Assembly: GCA_964498615.1 (NCBI GenBank)
Contig: CAZCHZ010000001.1
Coordinates: forward strand, 1-47,760
Direction: 5' to 3'
Length of the DNA: 47,760 nt
DNA from: an uncultured Legionellaceae bacterium
GTDB lineage: Bacteria > Pseudomonadota > Gammaproteobacteria > UBA6186 > Azoamicaceae
Position 1 is the stretch's first letter. Every line of letters starts with the position of its first letter. The notes below the pieces were generated by a model that was not told the DNA's origin, did no database searches, and saw only the letters and a list, made by a program, of their open reading frames with translations. The position numbers were made by a program, and so were the translations under genes. This document shows positions 41,717 through 47,760 of this stretch, piece by piece.

Positions 41717-42259
41717 TTATATGTTTTTATCTTGATTTACTTTTTTTGATAAAATTAATCCGGATTCTGGTTTTAATAATAACTCTTGTTTTTTACAACT
41801 TTCATCACAATTATAAACTCCATTTCCTACATAGCATACGCAAAACGGATCTACAATCCCATCCGTAACCTTTAATGTTTCTTTTTGCGTTTCTACTGCT
41901 ATTACTTTGAAGCCATCATTTTCAACGGATTTAATCGCTGCGTTTACCACATCACTATCTGTTGGTGAAGGAAATTTATCCTGTTTATCTACTTTAGTCA
42001 CCTCATGATACTTTGGTTCAAGAGCAGTAATGTAATTCATTGCGCTTTCAAGACTACTGAATTTTAAAGGATTTGTATAAACTTTAAAACAAATTAAACC
42101 TGAGTCATCACTTATCGAAAACCATTTATATGTTTTAATCCTTTTTGGTTTAAAAAACCTAGGGAAAACATAACTTAAAAATGTGTGTTCTATTTCTTCG
42201 CTTTCAATTTGTTTTTGAATAACGAAATAACCGTATTGTTCTTTGATTCTGTAATTCAT
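41717..42259 (-). CDS. Hypothetical protein
   Basis: ORF track. Confidence 0.55.
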   Translation of the reverse strand: MNYRIKEQYGYFVIQKQIESEEIEHTFLSYVFPRFFKPKRIKTYKWFSISDDSGLICFKVYTNPLKFSSLESAMNYITALEPKYHEVTKVDKQDKFPSPTDSDVVNAAIKSVENDGFKVIAVETQKETLKVTDGIVDPFCVCYVGNGVYNCDESCKKQELLLKPESGLILSKKVNQDKNI

Positions 42260-42573
42260 AATAGTATAATATTTTGTTTGTTATAATCAAGAATTTTATT
42301 TTGAGTTGGCCTAATTCCAAAACGTTTTGCTAATCTATTTTCAAGCTTATAATGTTTAGCACATAAATAATAATATTTTGTTGTATCGTGCCATCTTCCT
42401 TTTAATCTTGGATGAAAATAAACTGGAGCAATGCCATAATCTTTTGCTTTTGTATGTCGGATACATCCTTTAGCCTGACAAATCCATTTAACTATTGTAT
42501 GCGGAACTAAAAGTAATTCTTCATTACTCATTGCCATCATTTCTTTAATTGCATTTTCCTCCTCCAAATCCAT
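42256..42573 (-). CDS. Hypothetical Cys/His-containing protein (zinc-binding loop like those in HNH-associated domains)
   Basis: CQAKGCIRH...YYYLCAKHYKLENRLAKRFG resembles the C..GC...GyC..HY.R motif. No HNH core is present. Confidence 0.35.
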   Translation of the reverse strand: MDLEEENAIKEMMAMSNEELLLVPHTIVKWICQAKGCIRHTKAKDYGIAPVYFHPRLKGRWHDTTKYYYLCAKHYKLENRLAKRFGIRPTQNKILDYNKQNIILL

Positions 42574-42574
42574 T

Positions 42575-43264
42575 TTATTGAGATTTATAAGCTTTCTCTA
42601 ATTCATCCAAAGCTTTATCGGATAACTTAGTGAAATCAATATTGTTAGTTATTTCAGGTTGTTTTTGGCTATTGTCTTTTTCATAAAAACCAATATGTTT
42701 GTTGATTTTTTCTATGGTCCATTCTTTACCATGAAGCTTTAATTCAATTTCACCATAACGATTTTGCTTGATGCTTTCAATACACATTTTTTGTTCTTCA
42801 GTCAATTTATCAAATGTCTTGAAGCGCATTTCTGTGCGTCTTTCTATGACTTCGGATGTTTCGGTAATAGTCACTGCATCTTTACCTTTTCCAGTTGTTG
42901 TCGTTGTTGTTTTGAATACCGGATAATCAAACTCTAAATACTCAACATATTCATTGATATTTGATTTGCGTAAAATATCTAAATGACGAAGTATTTCTTC
43001 AGCAGTAATGTTAAATTTTTCCTCAGCAATGCTAACTACTTTAGATTGTAATTCTTGGATTTTTAGGGATATTTTAGGGTGTTTTAAAAGCCTGTCAACT
43101 TCTTGGTACATTGTACCAGGCGTTTTATTTTTCCATGAATATCCAGCCTCTTTATAAGCTTCAATTCCTTTATACAATTCTGTTTTCTTATCTAATCCTA
43201 ATCTAACATAAGATTGACAAAAAGCCTCTTGCTTAATTGTTAAAGTATTTGATTTCATATTCAT
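42575..43264 (-). CDS. terS: Terminase small subunit
   Basis: LTIKQEAFCQSYVRLG...AYKEAGYSWKNKTPGTMYQEVDRLLKHPKISLKIQEL matches the Terminase_2 N-terminal HTH pattern. ATG 43264 preferred over the track's TTG at 43282. Confidence 0.7.
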   Translation of the reverse strand: MNMKSNTLTIKQEAFCQSYVRLGLDKKTELYKGIEAYKEAGYSWKNKTPGTMYQEVDRLLKHPKISLKIQELQSKVVSIAEEKFNITAEEILRHLDILRKSNINEYVEYLEFDYPVFKTTTTTTGKGKDAVTITETSEVIERRTEMRFKTFDKLTEEQKMCIESIKQNRYGEIELKLHGKEWTIEKINKHIGFYEKDNSQKQPEITNNIDFTKLSDKALDELEKAYKSQ

Positions 43265-43380
43265 ATCATTACATTTTACCAAACAACGTTATTTTAAACA
43301 AACACCAGAAAGAATAAATTATGGCTTTTGTAATAAACCATACTCTATTCCAAAAATCTTTAAAGCCTCGATATGTGAAT

Positions 43381-43599
43381 TTAGTTTTCATTATTTTTAT
43401 TTTTTTTCAATTCATCCAATAACTCCTTAACGGTTGCCTTATCGTTTTCATCAAAGTTAATCCACTCGCCACCATGAAACCAGAAAACAACAGTTCTTTC
43501 TATAGCAATGTAATTAAACTTTATAGCCATCAATAAAAAGACTAAAGGCGATACCAATATTCTTAGAATTATATTTCTTATTACTATGTAATGTTTCAT
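43381..43599 (-). CDS. Small membrane protein
   Basis: TM IILRILVSPLVFLLMAI. Confidence 0.5.
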   Translation of the reverse strand: MKHYIVIRNIILRILVSPLVFLLMAIKFNYIAIERTVVFWFHGGEWINFDENDKATVKELLDELKKNKNNEN

Positions 43600-43622
43600 G
43601 TTTCATGTTTTAATATTGATAA

Positions 43623-43784
43623 TTATTGATTACATGGGGTAATATCCGTTATTTTACCTGACTGTCCACATGCGCAACACAAATAAGGCTTCTTTCCATA
43701 TTTTGCACCACAATTAATACATTGTGAAACTAACCTCTGAGGTACTCCATCAGCTAAATAAAAAATATTTTTATTGTTTTCCAT
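43623..43784 (-). CDS. Hypothetical 53-aa zinc-ribbon protein (not in ORF track)
   Basis: Own translation MENNKNIFYLADGVPQRLVSQCINCGAKYGKKPYLCCACGQSGKITDITPCNQ (CxxC...CxxC). Confidence 0.45.
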   Translation of the reverse strand: MENNKNIFYLADGVPQRLVSQCINCGAKYGKKPYLCCACGQSGKITDITPCNQ

Positions 43785-43796
43785 ATTAAATAGTTT

Positions 43797-44111
43797 TTAG
43801 TATTCAATAATATCTTTTTCGGGTATAGTCCAAATAAAAGTATTTTTTGGATCATTGTCATTCATATACTGAATTTCAATTGTTCGTTTCATTTGGCATA
43901 TTCTGCCATCATAAGAAACAGTTTGTTCTTGAGTTTGAGTTATGTCTAAGATGTTTGATTTTTTTATCATTATTTTTAGCATCTTCTTTGAATTGCCTTT
44001 TAAACAATTATGCAAATCTTCTAATTGTTCCCATATAGGATAATCAGAAATAATTAAATCCGCATGCGCCCCTCTTATACAAGAATCAATTGATTTTCCG
44101 CAAAATTCCAT
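43797..44111 (-). CDS. Hypothetical protein
   Basis: ORF track. Confidence 0.55.
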   Translation of the reverse strand: MEFCGKSIDSCIRGAHADLIISDYPIWEQLEDLHNCLKGNSKKMLKIMIKKSNILDITQTQEQTVSYDGRICQMKRTIEIQYMNDNDPKNTFIWTIPEKDIIEY

Positions 44112-44113
44112 AA

Positions 44114-44395
44114 CTACTCGGATTTATTTAACGATTCAACTTTAGCAATCACATAATCTCGCTGCTTTCTTGAAAGAGTAGATGTTTTGTTGATTATCTT
44201 TTCGTATTCAGCAATAAAAGCGTCTTTTACCTTTGGGTGCAATTCAGTTTCATCATTTTTAACTTCCGGAATTTCTTTTTCTTTTATTCCTAATAACCTC
44301 TTTATAGATGAAATTATACAAAAACGTGAAATTTTACCTTCATTTGCTATTTTTGGTTCTTGAGGTTTTGGCGGTGGTGGAATTGTTTTAGACAT
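44114..44395 (-). CDS. Hypothetical protein
   Basis: ORF track. Confidence 0.55.
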   Translation of the reverse strand: MSKTIPPPPKPQEPKIANEGKISRFCIISSIKRLLGIKEKEIPEVKNDETELHPKVKDAFIAEYEKIINKTSTLSRKQRDYVIAKVESLNKSE

Positions 44396-44399
44396 GGTT

Positions 44400-44702
44400 T
44401 TATTTTTTAAGTTTTATTATTGATTTGTTTTCTTCCAAAATTGCGCAACATGTTTTTCTTAAATCTTCAATAGATTTTTCATCCGAAACAAATAACTGTT
44501 CGTTTTTTATATTTACTAGCAATGAAAAGTTTTCAATTGGTATTTTTCCTAAAGGTCTTACGGTTATCATAAAAACATTATCATCAATTTTATTGTTAGG
44601 GCGAGCCAATTCTAAATAATCCATTAACGCCAATCCAATAAGTTCTGGATTATCAGTTTCTACACCTTCAATAAAGAATTTTCCGTTTTTAATTAAAATC
44701 AT
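44400..44702 (-). CDS. Hypothetical protein
   Basis: ORF track. Confidence 0.55.
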   Translation of the reverse strand: MILIKNGKFFIEGVETDNPELIGLALMDYLELARPNNKIDDNVFMITVRPLGKIPIENFSLLVNIKNEQLFVSDEKSIEDLRKTCCAILEENKSIIKLKK

Positions 44703-44902
44703 AATTGATTGCGTTTTGGTAAGAAATGTAAATGAATCATAAAAAACAAGAAACCGAGTGTTAACGTGTTTGTTTTAAAGACATCACCACTATCAATATC
44801 AACCGCATCTGTGTTTGAGTAATGAATCCCTAAAATAATTTCTTCGTTACATAATTCAAATTCTATTTCCATGTTTTTTATTTTATCCGAGTGGTGTAAC
44901 AT
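44699..44902 (-). CDS. Hypothetical protein
   Basis: ORF track. First gene after the terminator/promoter region. Confidence 0.5.
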   Translation of the reverse strand: MLHHSDKIKNMEIEFELCNEEIILGIHYSNTDAVDIDSGDVFKTNTLTLGFLFFMIHLHFLPKRNQL

Positions 44903-44982
44903 CTTGCCAAAAGCACTATAAACATTGAGTTTCTTTAAAATGCTTTTTTTAGACGTTTTCTAACTATTAAATTGAATCTTTT

Positions 44983-44990
44983 CAAAGATA
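44983..44990 (-). promoter_or_regulatory. -7 box TATCTTTG
   Basis: TAnnTTTG match 80 nt upstream of ATG 44902 and downstream of the terminator at 45026..45053. Confidence 0.35.
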
Positions 44991-45025
44991 AGTATTATTT
45001 AACTGTTATGAAAATTTAGACTAAC

Positions 45026-45053
45026 AAAAAACTCACAATTAAGTGAGTTTTTT
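45026..45053 (-). terminator. Rho-independent terminator (symmetric A-run/T-run)
   Basis: AAAAAACTCAC-AATTAA-GTGAGTTTTTT immediately downstream of stop 45061. Confidence 0.75.
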
Positions 45054-45060
45054 TATTTGT

Positions 45061-45339
45061 TTATGATACAAACCATTTAGTAAATTCATCTTTATCTTTT
45101 GTAGCAACAACATCTTTTACATCACAAAATTTATTAATTACGCTATTGATACTATCCCCTGTAACCAAACATGTATAATTATTGTTTCTTATTGACATCC
45201 CCGCATATAAATTAGGCCCAATCTTTTTTATAAGAGACTTATCTATTGAATTATTAAATTCTATTCCTATAAAATACGAATCATCTAATTCTAAAACATT
45301 AATTGTCAATTGTTCTTTTTTTAAAATTACTTTTTTCAT
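45061..45339 (-). CDS. Hypothetical protein
   Basis: ORF track. Confidence 0.55.
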   Translation of the reverse strand: MKKVILKKEQLTINVLELDDSYFIGIEFNNSIDKSLIKKIGPNLYAGMSIRNNNYTCLVTGDSINSVINKFCDVKDVVATKDKDEFTKWFVS

Positions 45340-45343
45340 TTTT

Positions 45344-45727
45344 CTATTTATTTAAAGTTAATTCTTGGTTTGTTAATGCAAAATATAGGTTTTGTAGTTG
45401 GTGGACGTATTTTATTTCATCAAGTATAAGTTCGCAAAAATCGCTATGCAAAGTAGATACGATAACATCTACATAAACATCAAAATGAAGTTCTGCTTTC
45501 AAATTTGTGATTGATAAATATATTTTTCCTGCAAACTTTTTTGCTCCAAGCTTCAACAACCATTCTTCGGTTAATGGGATTGGATTTAAAGCCTCGATAG
45601 ACACCACAAATGATTCGTTTGTTAGAAATGGACAAATAAAAACTTCATTTTCATTTACACTCTCTATTTTATAAACACCTTGTATTGTTTGTGCTAAATT
45701 CCCAATCCTAAATTCAGATGCTTTCAT
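45344..45727 (-). CDS. Hypothetical protein, member 3 of the 3-copy paralog family
   Basis: NPIPLTEEWLLKLGA and YVHQLQNLYFALTNQELTL motifs. Confidence 0.7.
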   Translation of the reverse strand: MKASEFRIGNLAQTIQGVYKIESVNENEVFICPFLTNESFVVSIEALNPIPLTEEWLLKLGAKKFAGKIYLSITNLKAELHFDVYVDVIVSTLHSDFCELILDEIKYVHQLQNLYFALTNQELTLNK

Positions 45728-45728
45728 A

Positions 45729-46091
45729 TTATTTATTGATTATTTTGTTAATAATTCCCTCAATTGCTTTTGGGTCTTTTTCATGGGCGGCCAAAAAACC
45801 TATTACCATCGATTTATCTAAAAGATTGTTCCGCATGATAACGTCACAATTAGCTTGGATTACATCATAAAAATGAGTTGTAACTTCTGGCGAAGCCGCA
45901 TATAAGTCATTATATTTTTTTGTTTCCTTGTCAAGTGGACCATAAACACCCTTCAATTGTTGATTGAGTTTGTTATTTTTTAACGGGAAATCACAATTTT
46001 TAAGATCATCCAATATTTCAATCGAACGTTGAAATAAAATATGTAATTCCATTAAATTATAATTTCTGGTTTGTTCATCGGTTATCTTCAT
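45729..46091 (-). CDS. Hypothetical protein
   Basis: ORF track. Confidence 0.55.
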   Translation of the reverse strand: MKITDEQTRNYNLMELHILFQRSIEILDDLKNCDFPLKNNKLNQQLKGVYGPLDKETKKYNDLYAASPEVTTHFYDVIQANCDVIMRNNLLDKSMVIGFLAAHEKDPKAIEGIINKIINK

Positions 46092-46273
46092 TTCTTTTGA
46101 TGTTTAAAAACTAACTTATAAATTGACTTGAAAATGATAATTAAAATAAAACCGGATAATGAAATTTTCCATGCCAAATCAAAAGAAACCAAAATCCAAA
46201 TTACCGGAAATGAAATAAAAGCAACGATGTTAATCATTTGAAAACAAACTAAAGTGATTAATAGTTTTTTCAT
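46088..46273 (-). CDS. Small membrane protein (two TM)
   Basis: ATG 46273 (MKKLLITLVCFQMINIVAFISFPVIWILV...) begins 5 nt after stop 46278. The track's longer form overlaps the upstream gene. Confidence 0.5.
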   Translation of the reverse strand: MKKLLITLVCFQMINIVAFISFPVIWILVSFDLAWKISLSGFILIIIFKSIYKLVFKHQKK

Positions 46274-46277
46274 TGTT

Positions 46278-46592
46278 TTAGTTTTTAGTGTTATAAATTT
46301 CGTTTGCTTTTTTGATTGCTTCGGTTGTTGCTTGCGGTCTGGTTTCATAACTCATATCATTACTCCATCTTCTATAGGTTCCTGACTCTTGTGTGTGCCA
46401 AATAAATCTTCCATACATATTTGGGTAAACTCCAATTTTCAAACCAACACTATCAAACCATTCCAAATAAACTCCATTTCGTGCCGACTCACCCATTAAC
46501 TGCCAAATCATTTGATATTGGTAGTATTCTTTAAAATAAACGGTGTAAAGCCATTTTTCAAAATATTCTTTTGTCTTTCCTATTAATTCCAT
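46278..46592 (-). CDS. Hypothetical aromatic-rich protein
   Basis: ORF track. Confidence 0.55.
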   Translation of the reverse strand: MELIGKTKEYFEKWLYTVYFKEYYQYQMIWQLMGESARNGVYLEWFDSVGLKIGVYPNMYGRFIWHTQESGTYRRWSNDMSYETRPQATTEAIKKANEIYNTKN

Positions 46593-46596
46593 AACT

Positions 46597-46767
46597 TTAT
46601 TTTTTAGAATTAATTTTTAATGGTTCCAAAAAATCTAAAATCATTTTTTTTATAACTGGCTTTTTGCTTTTTGGAACACTGATTTGTAATTGTTCTGTTT
46701 TTTCCCCATATATGAGTTTTCTTCCAGATCCTTTACGTTCGCCTCCTGATTTTTTTATTTTTTTCAT
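46597..46767 (-). CDS. Hypothetical 56-aa basic protein (not in ORF track)
   Basis: Own translation MKKIKKSGGERKGSGRKLIYGEKTEQLQISVPKSKKPVIKKMILDFLEPLKINSKK. TAATG overlap with the upstream stop. Fills the gap. Confidence 0.45.
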   Translation of the reverse strand: MKKIKKSGGERKGSGRKLIYGEKTEQLQISVPKSKKPVIKKMILDFLEPLKINSKK

Positions 46768-47210
46768 TATAATAAATCTTTTTCATCAATTACTATTCCA
46801 ACACAATAAGGATCACCATCATCAAAAATATTAAATATGTGATGAGGAATTTCTGTTTTGAAACTCCAAACACATTCTTGGCTATACTCTGCTTCAATTC
46901 TATTTTTACCCATTTCTGCATCATCTTTCAATTGGATTGCAATTGCCTCTTCTCCACCTTCTTCCCAACTTTCTCCTTCATCTTCATCAGTGATCATTAC
47001 CTTAATTCCTTTTGGAATAAGTAGAATTATACCATCATTAAGTTCTTCAGTAATCGCACCCTTAAATTCTACCAAATCATCACTTGAACCAAAAATAACG
47101 ATTAACCCAGATTCTTTTGCTTCCGATGCTTCTTCTTTCGTTATTTCTTGTGTGTAGTTTCTACAATTTAATTTTATTGCCAATTCTCTAGCTTTGTTTT
47201 CTGTTTCCAT
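46767..47210 (-). CDS. Highly acidic protein
   Basis: About a quarter of residues are D/E by eye (EDEGESWEEGGEE etc.), with few K/R. Confidence 0.6.
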   Translation of the reverse strand: METENKARELAIKLNCRNYTQEITKEEASEAKESGLIVIFGSSDDLVEFKGAITEELNDGIILLIPKGIKVMITDEDEGESWEEGGEEAIAIQLKDDAEMGKNRIEAEYSQECVWSFKTEIPHHIFNIFDDGDPYCVGIVIDEKDLL

Positions 47211-47227
47211 TGTTATTGATTTATTAA

Positions 47228-47464
47228 TTATTCAGATTGATTTTCAATTGCTTTATGTGCTTGTTCGTATTTTTCTTTAAAAAACTCTATATCTCTCAAT
47301 ATGGAATCACTCACGCCTCTTTTAACCCCTTCGATTAAAGAAAATCTTTCCGCAGCAGAATAATTTTTATTTAGATATAAAACCATTCTGGAAATATCTT
47401 CATTTATATCCGGTTTTTTGGATTCAAGAAGACTTAAACAATTATTCCAAAAATCACTAAACAT
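47228..47464 (-). CDS. Hypothetical protein
   Basis: ATG 47464 (MFSDFWNN...) overlaps the stop of the upstream partial ORF. Confidence 0.55.
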   Translation of the reverse strand: MFSDFWNNCLSLLESKKPDINEDISRMVLYLNKNYSAAERFSLIEGVKRGVSDSILRDIEFFKEKYEQAHKAIENQSE

Positions 47465-47760
47465 GATTTTCCGTTTTAGAAGAAAACAAATTATCACTAA
47501 ATACTTTTGCTAATTCTATATAGCCTTTATACTCTTTAATTTCTTCTTCAGAATAACATTCTTTTTTACCAATAACTTCAAATTTTTCCAACCATATTTT
47601 AATAGTGTAATTATGGCAGCCAATAGATAATGTTCTATTTCCTGTAAAAGTAATCGAATGTTTACTTCCGGTTATAAAAAATGTTCTTAATAGTTTTACA
47701 TCGTCACCAATAGAGGCATCGTCACCAATAGAGGCATGGTTACCAATAGAGGCATGGTTA
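47457..47760 (-). CDS. C-terminal part of a protein containing hexapeptide repeats (5' end runs off window edge)
   Basis: Own translation ..NHASIGNHASIGDDASIGDDVKLLRTFFITGSKHSITFTGNRTLSIGCHNYTIKIWLEKFEVIGKKECYSEEEIKEYKGYIELAKVFSDNLFSSKTENHV, stop TAG 47459..47457. Open to the edge, so absent from the ORF track. Confidence 0.6.
   Translation of the reverse strand, partial: NHASIGNHASIGDDASIGDDVKLLRTFFITGSKHSITFTGNRTLSIGCHNYTIKIWLEKFEVIGKKECYSEEEIKEYKGYIELAKVFSDNLFSSKTENHV
47701..47760. repeat. 18-bp tandem direct repeat, 3.3 units, at the window edge
   Basis: TCGTCACCAATAGAGGCA x2, then TGGTTACCAATAGAGGCA x1.3. In frame on the minus strand. Confidence 0.95.

Noticed and set aside
47701-47760. 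Simple circular closure of base 47760 to base 1, giving one intact initiator gene
   Set aside because: Joining the ends directly puts the minus-strand reading frame out of phase (..TPTPT then LTMPLLV.. and a TAA stop after about 20 codons). At minimum some repeat sequence is missing, so I report the single-gene idea only as a hypothesis.

Overview
This 47,760-nt window is strongly AT-rich (roughly 30% G+C by eye, not computed) and almost entirely coding, with short, tightly packed and often overlapping genes. It reads as a near-complete genome of a tailed dsDNA phage with a siphovirus-type morphogenesis module: a long tape measure and no sheath gene. It does not look like bacterial chromosome. 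Layout: (i) 1-7085, minus strand: replication/recombination block with a replisome-organizer-like initiator fragment, HNH, NinB-like, GIY-YIG, MBL-fold hydrolase, RecT-like annealase and a DUF1351-like protein. (ii) 7086-7260: divergent promoter region. (iii) 7261-11331, plus strand: small genes, including a segmental duplication and a PAPS-reductase-like PP-loop protein. (iv) 11342-12645: terminator-insulated cassette with an XRE regulator divergent from a glycine-rich protein. (v) 12713-19083, minus strand: tail fibre genes followed by a lysis cassette with a muramidase, many small membrane proteins and a lipoprotein with a C-terminal TM (unimolecular-spanin candidate). (vi) 19190-22802, plus strand: a 3.7-kb island inserted inside the tail module, encoding envelope-directed proteins (T9SS-type C-terminal-domain protein, beta-barrel-like OMP) and an ASCH protein. 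(vii) 22820-38617, minus strand: structural operon with tail tip proteins, a 1362-aa tape measure, chaperones, major tail, connectors, major capsid, protease and portal. (viii) 38780-47760, minus strand: regulators, TerL, DEDDh exonuclease, TerS and many small early genes. I saw no integrase, DNA polymerase, tail sheath, tRNA, rRNA or CRISPR array. The host is probably Bacteroidota (Flavobacteriia-like), inferred from recurrent TAnnTTTG -7 boxes, no Shine-Dalgarno sequences, a T9SS-type sorting domain and a SprB-type repeat. Both window edges fall inside in-frame tandem repeats of minus-strand coding sequence. All functional calls come from motif recognition by eye and gene order; no database search was possible, and most products remain hypothetical.
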